Source: Candidatus Poseidoniaceae archaeon (GTDB taxonomy: Archaea > Thermoplasmatota > Poseidoniia > Poseidoniales > Poseidoniaceae). From it: DNA of 64,000 bases. The notes beneath the pieces were generated by a model, which saw only the letters and a list, made by a program, of their open reading frames with translations, made no database searches and was not told the origin of the DNA. The position numbers and the translations under genes are program-made. Below are positions 48,801 through 57,622 of this stretch, piece by piece. The stretch is taken from positions 2,261 to 66,260 of the forward strand of contig JASLKG010000007.1 of the NCBI GenBank assembly GCA_030747695.1, in the 5' to 3' direction. Numbering within the stretch: position 1 is the stretch's first letter; each line of letters begins with the position of its first letter.

Positions 48801-50956
48801 CTGGTGCGTATGTAACAATTGTACAATCTAAGCACACTTTATCAAACGGAGAAGTAATGACCGGTCTTGGACTAAATTTCATAGCAATAACAGAGGGTAC
48901 TGTGGAAATAGGAGGAAGTACATTGACACCAGTTACAACATTTGCAGGGCTTCCTGTTTACACTGTTGATCCAAGTTCTTCAGGTCTTGAACTATTGGAG
49001 ATTACTCCAAATGGAATAACATCTGATGAGTTTACTGCAACTTTAGGTGTATTCCCGCTCAACATAGATATTGCCTTCCCAGATATCGATTGGGAGGATT
49101 TTTCACAAGAAGAAACTTATGAGATTTTGTTTGAATCTGGTGATGACAAACGTTACCAAGAAGTTAGATTTGACTCTCCGATTTCATTGATTGGGGTTGC
49201 AGTTAACTCTGATGAAGAACAGTTAATGCCTGATGCATTAAGCATTGGGATTGTATTGAATAATCCAGAACAATTAGATGTAATGGGGCAATTAGGTCCA
49301 GGTCAAACATCAAATGTGGCATTAAATGATGGAACAGCGTCTAGAATTTTAGCTGTTGCAGCTCCAAAGGTAGGATTTGATCCTGCAACAGTTGACTTTG
49401 CTTCCTTTACCTCCTTATTGTGGGGTGATGGTTTGAAACCTGATAACGATTGGGTTGAATATGATAAAGTTTCAAATCGCCTATGTGAAGACGTAGGAAT
49501 TGAGTATGCTGACTGGATGGGCGATGATATAAATTATCAAATTAGTTTAAAATTAATTCCAGAGAATGAGTTTATGGTTGGGGACGAACTGATTGATTAT
49601 TCAAATGCTGTAGTGACTGATAGTGAAGGAAACGAAATAACGCCATTTAGTGATTGGGAGGTTACAGATTATGATCCAACAAAAGTTAGAGCATATTTCC
49701 ATTTAGAAGATGAAACTGAATATTACTTGGATACAGGTACTGAACTGGACTCATCGTTGAGTTGGTACTTTGGAGACTCAATATGGGAGACGAATTGCGA
49801 CGATAACCCCTTGACAGATGATGAAGAATTTGAGTTATTTGATGAATTCTTTGGTAATGTGAAATCGATAGCATGGGGTATCGGTTCTAGTGCTGATCTT
49901 TCATTACCACATCTAGCATCTCCAGTTAGCAATTACACTGTATTAGCGATTGTTCAGGCGGGTACAGGGTCTTCTGCAACAATTCATTCTGCAATTGGTT
50001 CACAAGTTGCTGAACCTAATCCAGAACCTCTGATAATGCGTGACTTAGAAATCGATTTGATGCCTGACAACCCCTCTGAAGGAGATGTATTGTTAGTCAC
50101 TGCTTCTGATGCAGAAACTGGAGCACCAGTTGAACAATTGTCAGTGGTAGTTCTGGAAGATGGTCTTACATTGTTTAGCTCATTAAGTGATGAAAATGGT
50201 CAAGCATCTTTCACCTTACCAGAAGGAACTTTGATGGTTAGGGTTTCTGGTGGTATGTATAATGCTGTAGAACTAACACTTACAGTTACTGAAACCGGAA
50301 CGGAAGTCGATGAAGCACCTGACAACGATAACGATGGAATTTCTGATGTTCTAGATAATGATGATGATAATGACGGAATACCAGATGATGAAGATGATAA
50401 TCCAACAGTGCCAGATAATCCAGATATTACTACAGATGCAGATAATGACGGAATATTAGATGGCATGGATCTTTGTCCATCTACAGAATTAGGAGACAGT
50501 GTAAATTCAGTTGGGTGTTCAGAAGCGCAATTGAATGCTGCTGACGATGGCCCTGACGACTCTGGTGATGGTCTTGATGATGATGATAATAAAGAAACAG
50601 AGACAGATGATTCAAATGAAATATTCCTTGGAATGAGTCCTGTTGCACTTGGAGGAATCGGATTTGGAATATTGTTATTATCGACTTTAGGAATTTTATA
50701 TGTGCGTCGAAATAGTTCAGCAGAAAGTGATTGGTTTGAAGAAGAGAATCAACTATTTGAACAACAAATGACAGAATATTCAAAGACAGTACCTGAAGTT
50801 TCAACTCCATCATCTAGTACACCTTCTCCAAGAGGGCCACCGCCAGGCCACCAAGGTCAAATGAGTGACGGATATGAAGTAAGCGAATATCCAAGTGGCA
50901 GTGGCACATGGTGGTGGAAAGATCCAGCTACTGGTAAGTGGAGCGAATGGACTTGA
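45887..50956 (+). CDS. large acidic surface protein: helical N-terminal region, PKD-like domain, TSP3-like repeats, TM, Trp-rich tail
   Basis: Signal peptide; VDWGDG...HTYEESGEYYITV; DNDNDG repeats; TM; tail YPSGSGTWWWKDPATGKWSEWT. Confidence 0.8.
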   Translation: MKRIAVVIVLLFACLSLQPVASQIAAPNDTANDTANSLTYLSVDGFVTTKFASVGSEVDIQAFTLGHNSNTYVSADIVKYDIDPLESMIDTAFPGNGQFVDRVVLVQSGVHEEDSDIMTWQGTYTIPVSSMGGAYGARIIAEDGNLVAIDDPTQIREVFRGQFETVLSSIDFAWDSANPLSLIADEFYELEEKGTSNGGWSNFVAVATDGSGPGGSQQLWNAMLDAGYNQYDMTEGANFLDALMNFLDSDDANASMLFLTGLLMYGHNIPIPQTLDGFEELAEYIQSYDPIENFTRFEGTDQFGAAYDALIDSEQWDAMNQALDNLANNVKPFESMQTVMHNIALLAVSNHPEDIVDGLMAWAEPLMEGDFDNMTSFQQLLVRFIEMAEKLDGETDIQDLDGDDVPDRITWQYEYLLETQEGQAWTVKMENDHPWVNDAFDDFNNLPEDIIDIVFTSLENQVWEDTGLVLEEFSRWMANASGSGLEAEWPYYDEEDEDSEEDEEPENSEPDVCCVFEQLHPITTSVYDNHKLEVGVELRMWGGESEEYPETFYMSMTNERGYTVGTDLVKDTEDGERYLGVMIAPSFEDTEWSFSQPLEDYGSSSDAQSIDSAYIRIERLRPSLLESMAIENNDEIFMVSALGVLVDQDETGTVDQSFTVTSQTYDSAGEVGNVEVDMAIIRISPQLGESAIESLSPNGEFDITINYPNTLEGTYSGDDLDGDINIKLMPFGTYNDDEEKQKHVQSYGFDTIEISADGYSWNANNYLPSDRGLADLVISGSTTEGIEFTEMKQIPLPGSLGCTATEGSGDRDTAHVGYNYRTFEADEGERFWKPELSAVSVDWGDGTTDDYTVNEWEEDPSGWESHTYEESGEYYITVVYEDEFGTEHSDELRFHTDMGGFWQEESEFEEGGYWTSWIGGTNCWLESEESSLPTPSIIDNFITGGPVEVVTEQIMTADSNGVASLTVTPTHPGAYVTIVQSKHTLSNGEVMTGLGLNFIAITEGTVEIGGSTLTPVTTFAGLPVYTVDPSSSGLELLEITPNGITSDEFTATLGVFPLNIDIAFPDIDWEDFSQEETYEILFESGDDKRYQEVRFDSPISLIGVAVNSDEEQLMPDALSIGIVLNNPEQLDVMGQLGPGQTSNVALNDGTASRILAVAAPKVGFDPATVDFASFTSLLWGDGLKPDNDWVEYDKVSNRLCEDVGIEYADWMGDDINYQISLKLIPENEFMVGDELIDYSNAVVTDSEGNEITPFSDWEVTDYDPTKVRAYFHLEDETEYYLDTGTELDSSLSWYFGDSIWETNCDDNPLTDDEEFELFDEFFGNVKSIAWGIGSSADLSLPHLASPVSNYTVLAIVQAGTGSSATIHSAIGSQVAEPNPEPLIMRDLEIDLMPDNPSEGDVLLVTASDAETGAPVEQLSVVVLEDGLTLFSSLSDENGQASFTLPEGTLMVRVSGGMYNAVELTLTVTETGTEVDEAPDNDNDGISDVLDNDDDNDGIPDDEDDNPTVPDNPDITTDADNDGILDGMDLCPSTELGDSVNSVGCSEAQLNAADDGPDDSGDGLDDDDNKETETDDSNEIFLGMSPVALGGIGFGILLLSTLGILYVRRNSSAESDWFEEENQLFEQQMTEYSKTVPEVSTPSSSTPSPRGPPPGHQGQMSDGYEVSEYPSGSGTWWWKDPATGKWSEWT

Positions 50957-50994
50957 AGTGGAATCGTAGTGTTCAATAATTTCTATTTGATGAG

Positions 50995-53211
50995 ATGGTT
51001 CTCATGAAAACAGAACATCTCCGTATTGTGATTCTTTCCGGACTTGTTCTGTGTTCTACCTTAATTGTGGCATATCCCGTTGAATTAGTTCTTAATACAG
51101 ATGTTATCTTTGAAGATGAAACTATGGCTAGAATAGAATCAGAATCGATATCGGAAGTTGAGCAAGAGGGGCAATTATTGTTGGTCATTAAACATGATAA
51201 TGGTAGCTCTCTGACAGGCGATTTCCAATTTATTGAAAGGCTAATGCAAATTGAACGTGAATTACTAGACGGCTCTAATTCGAGTACATCTTGGGTTTCG
51301 GAAGAAGTTGTTATATCAAAATTAGAAACTCCATTCAACTTTTGGGCTAAAGCCTTTGAATCAAGAAATCGTTCACTTGAAAATGCTAATCAGTGGTCGG
51401 ATGTACTTCAACCCCCACTTGAAGAGGGATGGTGTGGTGACAATTCTACTGAAGCTGAGCAACAAGCATTTGAATCAACCTTACTCCTTTTGCCTAAAGA
51501 TTCTAATTTTGGAGTAGCATGCCCCTCATTTCCTGGCGCAGACGCTGAACAACCTCCAGATCCAGATGAAATGTTATGGCTTGTTTGGTTGAAATCTGAG
51601 GGAGGAGATACAGATTGGAATTCGTTGAATATTTGGGCTGAAAAGGTTAGTGATTCTACTGAATTTGAATTTGAAGCAGTAGGGGTAAACATGCTATTTG
51701 CAAAATCCAAGGTGATAGCAAAAAATGACATTAATAACGTAATGATCCCCTCTATTTTTGCTTTAGCAATTGTTTTGGTAGTGATACTTAGAGATTGGAA
51801 AGTGTCTGTTGCAACATTAGGTGGAGTTGTCTTAGTGATTTGTGCTGAAGCAGGTTTACTTTCAGCCCTTGGTAAATCGATGTCAATTGTGGATGCAATC
51901 GCCTTTCCAATAGTGTTAGCAGTTGCAGTCGATGGTGCATTTTGGTATTGTAAATCCTCTAGGAGTAAAGAGGAAGTCCGTTCAATATTATTGATGGCAA
52001 TGGCAACAACCCTGGCAGCAATATCTCTTGCTATGATTTCACCCCTCAAGGCTCAAAGTTCACTTGCAATGGTAATGGCAATAGGTATTATTTTGAGTTG
52101 GATTGTGACACGTTTTGTTTTGGAAGATTTTTTCCTCAATAGTCGGCGCATTAGTACGAATGAGAATGAACTGAAGGAATCAATATTCACAAATAAATCA
52201 GCAATTTGGAGTTGGCCAATAGCATTATTGTTGCTCGCATCAATTGCAATAATCTCTCCAAATGGAGTTGAAGTATTTGATGTCAATCAATTCTTACCAG
52301 AGGATGATCCAGCATTAGGCGAATTTGATGAATTACAATCTAAATATATTATTGCTTCAAGTACAGTAACTTGGGTTGTCGTAAATACTGAAGGTGACTC
52401 TACAGATGATTTCCAAGCAATAGTAGATTTTCAAAAACAACTGGGAAACCACCCTAGTGTAATCTCATTTGAAACGGGCATAATGAAATCACCATTGGTG
52501 ATGGGTATCACTACTAATTCTCAGGGACTGACTAATTCAACATTCGACCAAGTGTCACAATATAGTTATGGTTCACCCATAATGGATGATCACAGACTTC
52601 AGAGTTCTGGAAAAACAACAGGTATTGCAATAGCACTATTTATTGATGGATCAAATGCTGATGCAGCATTACAATTAATGGAGGATATTGATTATTTATT
52701 GGATTCAAGTAATCTTTCAGGAGAGGTAGGAGGAGATTTGGTAGTAGGATCCTCTTTAGCTAGAGACTTTGAAGATTCTAGAGTCACTCAAATATTAGCT
52801 GCGGGATTTGCAGTATTTTTTGTTTCAGCAATAATTACAGGCAATCCTCAGCGTTCACTTAGAATTGCAATAGGTACGATTGCAATTGGTGCGGCAGTAG
52901 ACGGAATGGCCAGTATGATTGGGGAGAGAGGCGTTAGTACTGCACCAGCAGTTCTACTTGGAATGGGTTTTGCTGCTGATTATCTTTCACATGCTAGTGC
53001 TAATCATGTGACCACTCGCAACGATAATTTCGCAAGATGGGGGGCTGCAATTACATCAGTATCTGTATTCATATTGCTAAGCTTTGCAACATTTCCTCCT
53101 GCTAGAGAAACAGGGCAATTGTTGGGAATGAGTATACTATTTTCAGTAACTTTGGCAACCTGTCTCGCAATCAACCTCAGCAATTTTTCATTAACAGATT
53201 CAGAAGAGTAA
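50995..53211 (+). CDS. MMPL/RND-superfamily transporter
   Basis: Two repeats of 1 TM + large external loop + 5 TM; PIVLAVAVDG and VLLGMGFAADY at the TM4/TM10 GxxxD positions. Confidence 0.8.
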   Translation: MVLMKTEHLRIVILSGLVLCSTLIVAYPVELVLNTDVIFEDETMARIESESISEVEQEGQLLLVIKHDNGSSLTGDFQFIERLMQIERELLDGSNSSTSWVSEEVVISKLETPFNFWAKAFESRNRSLENANQWSDVLQPPLEEGWCGDNSTEAEQQAFESTLLLLPKDSNFGVACPSFPGADAEQPPDPDEMLWLVWLKSEGGDTDWNSLNIWAEKVSDSTEFEFEAVGVNMLFAKSKVIAKNDINNVMIPSIFALAIVLVVILRDWKVSVATLGGVVLVICAEAGLLSALGKSMSIVDAIAFPIVLAVAVDGAFWYCKSSRSKEEVRSILLMAMATTLAAISLAMISPLKAQSSLAMVMAIGIILSWIVTRFVLEDFFLNSRRISTNENELKESIFTNKSAIWSWPIALLLLASIAIISPNGVEVFDVNQFLPEDDPALGEFDELQSKYIIASSTVTWVVVNTEGDSTDDFQAIVDFQKQLGNHPSVISFETGIMKSPLVMGITTNSQGLTNSTFDQVSQYSYGSPIMDDHRLQSSGKTTGIAIALFIDGSNADAALQLMEDIDYLLDSSNLSGEVGGDLVVGSSLARDFEDSRVTQILAAGFAVFFVSAIITGNPQRSLRIAIGTIAIGAAVDGMASMIGERGVSTAPAVLLGMGFAADYLSHASANHVTTRNDNFARWGAAITSVSVFILLSFATFPPARETGQLLGMSILFSVTLATCLAINLSNFSLTDSEE

Positions 53212-53258
53212 TCTAATCTTTGAATCACTTCATTTGTCTTTACTATGAAGACATGTAA

Positions 53259-56066
53259 CTAATCTGTTGTTTCATCGTCACTAGTTGCTTCCGTGAGTTC
53301 ATCATCCTTCTCCTCAGATTCTTCCTCCTGCATAGACTCAACTTCTAATGTTTCTTCTTGTGTTAGGTTAACAGATTCTTCCACAAATGCACTTGAGAAC
53401 TCCTCTTCATCAGGCCTAGTGTTTGAGTTTTTGAAGATCATTGCAGAGCCTAATAGAATACAAATTAATCCTAGAGAGTACAATGCAATAGTTAGGTAAT
53501 CTGCCCAGTGATCGAAATTAGTCCAATACGCCATACTATCTTGATTAGTAACGATTTGACTTTTCAGAGAATTGGCGTCACTATCTCCAATTTCAGCACT
53601 CGTTTTAATGACAAACACTTGTTGTAAATCAGAATTGCTTGGGGGTTCTTGCTGTTCCCATGTAGGCCTTGTATCTAACCAGAATGTTGATTCGGATTTA
53701 CCAGCAATAATTGCACCAGAAACAACTTCCCGCTTTACTTCAACATGACTTTCAAAATAGACTGGAAGTGCCCCTGGAGTCGCATCTAAAATATCTCCAT
53801 TGTTAATCAATTTAGCTTGTATAGGGCGGTTCAAAGGATCCATATCTGCATTGCAAACCTCAACTGGTATTCCTTTGAGAATTTCATCCTTTGAGCATGT
53901 AATTGGTACTACTCCATATCCTGAAAGATCAACTAAGTCACCATCTCCTGTAAGGAATCCTCCTGTAGTACCCGTCATGCTTTCAGCAGTAATCAATCCC
54001 CATGTGGCTAGTTCTTTTTGAGGATTCTTCCAAGAGAGGTAAGTGCTGCCATCCTTTGACAAAGTCTCACCTTTGTCGCAGTCATCAGATTCGCCCGTGC
54101 AGATTGTAACTATTGTACCATCTCCTGTTGAAATACCACCAGAACCATAGTATGTTTTATTGGATTCTAAACTTGTCCAACCCACACTCATGTCTTCAGA
54201 ATCTCCAGAGTCTAAATATGCATTAACTGGATCATGCCACCCTAATAGCCAATTGTTAACAGATTGTGTGAGATAAGGGGCTGTACCAAAATTATCGATT
54301 AGGAAATCTGGAACGAAATTCTTGAAAATAACTTCCATGATAAGTAAACGTAAAGCATCAGCAGCATTGGTATCTATACCATATAATTCGGCAATTGTTT
54401 CGTTATTCCATTCTTTGACAGTGTCGGAGCGTAGTCCTGTTTCAAAATCAACAGGAGGTGCTTTCCCTGATAACTCACCATAAAGGAAAATTGCAGAACC
54501 ATTACTTGTAGCAAGCCCATATGGCCCATACAGAATATTTGCGCTCTGCTCTTGAGTAAGTTCGATTCTATCAGCGACAGGGAAACCGTACAGGCCACTG
54601 CCCCACCATCCGTTTGCATTTAGGCTATATTCCATGTATGAGTCATCAATTGGATTAATTGAACCAAATGTTTGATTGACAAATTCTGATGCTGTAATAT
54701 ATCCTTCATGACCAGTTAGAATTAGTGGAAGTTCAGAATTATCTGTGGCCCAAGAATTTGCCCAATCAAAAATAGATTGGTATTGTAATTCACTTAGCCC
54801 ATAAGTCTCCATGGCTTCACTTTTTGACATTTCAAGAAACAAATCAAGACCAAAGGAGGTCCCGCTTTCACTTGTTGCCAGAATGCCTAGAGGTTCGTCA
54901 GTATTGTCTCCCATCATCAGAACATTCATCGCAATTTCATTGTCAATTTGTAATCCCATAAGGTTGCTAAATCGTTTTGAGGCGTTTACAACATCTTCAC
55001 TTGTGTTTGTAGTCCAGTCTTCTTGTAGAGCTCCATAATCTTGCATCAAGGCACCAATGCTTCCATAAATGGTCCAGTCTCTTGACAAGGTAACATTTAG
55101 ATCTTCATCTGTAAATCCCCATAATTCTGCACGTTGTAGAGTTACTGATGAGTCAGGGTTTTCAAGTATTTCATCTAGTGATTCTGGTTCGCCCATTGCT
55201 GCATAGACAAGTGGCCCAAGATAATTGAGAAGAGAAAGATCTTCGCCATTAGGACCTGTAGCTTCACGGAAGGTATAGTTTGCATCATAATCGTCGTCAT
55301 ACCAATCAGGATCAACCCCTCCAGATTCTAGATAGGTAGAGTTGTCATTTTCTAAGAAATTTTCACCAAAGACAGGATCTAATGCTTCGAATCCTCTTAC
55401 TAAGAAATATGCTTTCACATCTTCGCCGATAGGGAAAAAGAATCCAGCTAGTCCTGACATATTTTTCAAAAAGTCTTCAATGTATTTTGAAACTTGATGT
55501 GCCGCAGAACCCTTCTCCAGATATAATTCAAGGACTCCTGATGCGAATCCAACCTTTGTTAATTCCATAATTGCATTAATTGCAGTCCCACTCGCTCCTA
55601 TTATTTGAGGTGTAAAAGCAATATTTAGGTTTGAAATTGTTGAATCGCATGGTATAGCCGTATCTTCCGAGCAAGAATATGATGTAAATTCACGGTACGT
55701 AATCGTTCCAGCCAATTCATCGTGATTGATCATGGTTCTTTCAAGTGTCACATCATAAGTTACAGGTCCTACCATTTCATATTCTGGTTTAACCTGATCT
55801 GGTAATGGTAATCTTGATGTTTCAATTACTTCATCAATGTTCCAGATATTCCATGCATAGAAATCTCTCGAACTTGTTGAACTAAGCCAATCTTCATTCT
55901 GTTCAGTACAATCAGAATTTGCACAAACATCATCCTTTGGTTTTGTAGCAGTAGCGTCAGCGACCGCATCTGGTACAGCGCTTGTAGCCATGGGTCCTAG
56001 GGCTGCAAGATTTAGAGTAATCATCAGTAGGCCAGCAATCACCGTTACCTTGTCTAGGTTGGGCAT
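53259..56066 (-). CDS. CD36/scavenger receptor class B-like membrane protein
   Basis: Two terminal TMs. DFYAWNIWNIDEV...KPEYEMVGPVTY...GTITYRE...TISNLNI; PYLTQSVNNWLLGWHDP; TICTG...LSW; MTGTTG; LKGIPV; EVVSG. Confidence 0.68.
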   Translation of the reverse strand: MPNLDKVTVIAGLLMITLNLAALGPMATSAVPDAVADATATKPKDDVCANSDCTEQNEDWLSSTSSRDFYAWNIWNIDEVIETSRLPLPDQVKPEYEMVGPVTYDVTLERTMINHDELAGTITYREFTSYSCSEDTAIPCDSTISNLNIAFTPQIIGASGTAINAIMELTKVGFASGVLELYLEKGSAAHQVSKYIEDFLKNMSGLAGFFFPIGEDVKAYFLVRGFEALDPVFGENFLENDNSTYLESGGVDPDWYDDDYDANYTFREATGPNGEDLSLLNYLGPLVYAAMGEPESLDEILENPDSSVTLQRAELWGFTDEDLNVTLSRDWTIYGSIGALMQDYGALQEDWTTNTSEDVVNASKRFSNLMGLQIDNEIAMNVLMMGDNTDEPLGILATSESGTSFGLDLFLEMSKSEAMETYGLSELQYQSIFDWANSWATDNSELPLILTGHEGYITASEFVNQTFGSINPIDDSYMEYSLNANGWWGSGLYGFPVADRIELTQEQSANILYGPYGLATSNGSAIFLYGELSGKAPPVDFETGLRSDTVKEWNNETIAELYGIDTNAADALRLLIMEVIFKNFVPDFLIDNFGTAPYLTQSVNNWLLGWHDPVNAYLDSGDSEDMSVGWTSLESNKTYYGSGGISTGDGTIVTICTGESDDCDKGETLSKDGSTYLSWKNPQKELATWGLITAESMTGTTGGFLTGDGDLVDLSGYGVVPITCSKDEILKGIPVEVCNADMDPLNRPIQAKLINNGDILDATPGALPVYFESHVEVKREVVSGAIIAGKSESTFWLDTRPTWEQQEPPSNSDLQQVFVIKTSAEIGDSDANSLKSQIVTNQDSMAYWTNFDHWADYLTIALYSLGLICILLGSAMIFKNSNTRPDEEEFSSAFVEESVNLTQEETLEVESMQEEESEEKDDELTEATSDDETTD

Positions 56067-56127
56067 AGTCCACTGAGTGTAGGTCAATCTTGTAAAGAGT
56101 TCTACTGTTTAAACAGAAATAACACAT

Positions 56128-57567
56128 TCATTCGGACCCAGTAATTGAACCATCGGGTTCTAAACGGTATAGTCTGACTGTGCTTGTTGCACCTTGCATT
56201 GCCTGAGGCGAACCCGAAATTGCAACAACACGTTCATTTGATTTGATAACTCCTTTTTCTGCAAGCAAGCGTATGGCATTTTGCATCGTTACAGAACCTC
56301 GATTATCTTCCTCAACAATTACAGATGATACGCCGGGAAGTAATTTCATTCTTCTTGCTGCACGCAGTCTGTTAGTTACAGCAGTCACTTCTACATCAGG
56401 ACGATAACCTGCTACTAGGCGAGGTGCATTTCCATGCTGTGTGGCAACAAGAATATGTCCTGCCTGTGAGACCCTAGCCAACTCAACACCTGCATGAGCA
56501 ACAGCTCTAGTTGATTTGAATTTGGACAATGCGCCAGGTTTACCAACTATTGAATCGAGGCCATTTTCTGTTGCTTCAGCAATCAGTGACATAGTTTCTA
56601 CCGTTTTGATTGGGTGATTTCCCATAGCCGTCTCACCTGATAGCATTACGGCAGTTCCACCATGCCTTATTGCTGTAGAAACATCACTTACTTCAGCACG
56701 GGTTGGACGAGAATTTAATGTCATTGATTCAAGCATTTGAGTTGCAACAATTGCAACCATCCCTCGCATCAATGCAGCATCGATAATCCTTTGTTGTGCT
56801 AGGGGGACTTGTTCAAGCGGAATTTCAACTCCTAAGTCACCCCTTGCAACCATTACTCCATCTGCTGCATCCAATATTGGATGGAGATTAGTTAGTGCAG
56901 ATGGGTGTTCTATTTTTGCAATCACAGGTGTGTGAACTCCATAATCGGTAATTTTTGTCTTGGCAGGAGTGAGGTCATTTGGCGTTCTAGCATATGAAAC
57001 AGCAATGTAGTCAGCATCATTTTCCAATGCATGGTTCAATGCAGCATCATCCTTAGGTCCAATTGCAGGTAAATCGATAATTGTGCCGGGGACATTGATT
57101 CCTTTCCTAGAAGTAATTGGCCCACCATCTTCCACAATACAATCGATAAACGAATCATTTTTCTTGTCGGTTTTTGTTACACTTAGGCGTATCAATCCAT
57201 CAGCTAATAGGATGGAATCCCCCTCACTTATTTCTGCAGACAAACCTCCATATTCTACGGGAATTTCTTTTCCAATGGCTTCTTTAACACCACAGACAAG
57301 ACGAACTTCATCACCTGAATTTAACAATCTAGGCCCTTCAAAATTACCTAGTCTTAGCTTTGGGCCAGGTAAGTCAGCAATAATGCAAGTAGTCCGTCCG
57401 TTTCGTTCAAGCGATCGAATCCGTTGATACAATTCAGTTTTTTCTTCTGGCTCCCCATGTGAATAATTTATTCTAAATACATCACATCCAGCATCTAACA
57501 TGGCCTCTAGAGATTCAGAGGACCATGAAGATGGGCCAATAGTTGCGATAACACGAGTTCTTCGCAT
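56128..57567 (-). CDS. pyk: pyruvate kinase
   Basis: IATIGPSS, RINYSHG, DLPGPKLR, IAKIE, MVARGDLGVE, ATQMLESM, MLSGETA. Confidence 0.97.
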   Translation of the reverse strand: MRRTRVIATIGPSSWSSESLEAMLDAGCDVFRINYSHGEPEEKTELYQRIRSLERNGRTTCIIADLPGPKLRLGNFEGPRLLNSGDEVRLVCGVKEAIGKEIPVEYGGLSAEISEGDSILLADGLIRLSVTKTDKKNDSFIDCIVEDGGPITSRKGINVPGTIIDLPAIGPKDDAALNHALENDADYIAVSYARTPNDLTPAKTKITDYGVHTPVIAKIEHPSALTNLHPILDAADGVMVARGDLGVEIPLEQVPLAQQRIIDAALMRGMVAIVATQMLESMTLNSRPTRAEVSDVSTAIRHGGTAVMLSGETAMGNHPIKTVETMSLIAEATENGLDSIVGKPGALSKFKSTRAVAHAGVELARVSQAGHILVATQHGNAPRLVAGYRPDVEVTAVTNRLRAARRMKLLPGVSSVIVEEDNRGSVTMQNAIRLLAEKGVIKSNERVVAISGSPQAMQGATSTVRLYRLEPDGSITGSE

Positions 57568-57622
57568 ATTTTCAAACGGGAGCCACCTAGACAAAAGCAC
57601 TCCCTATGTATATTCTATAATT

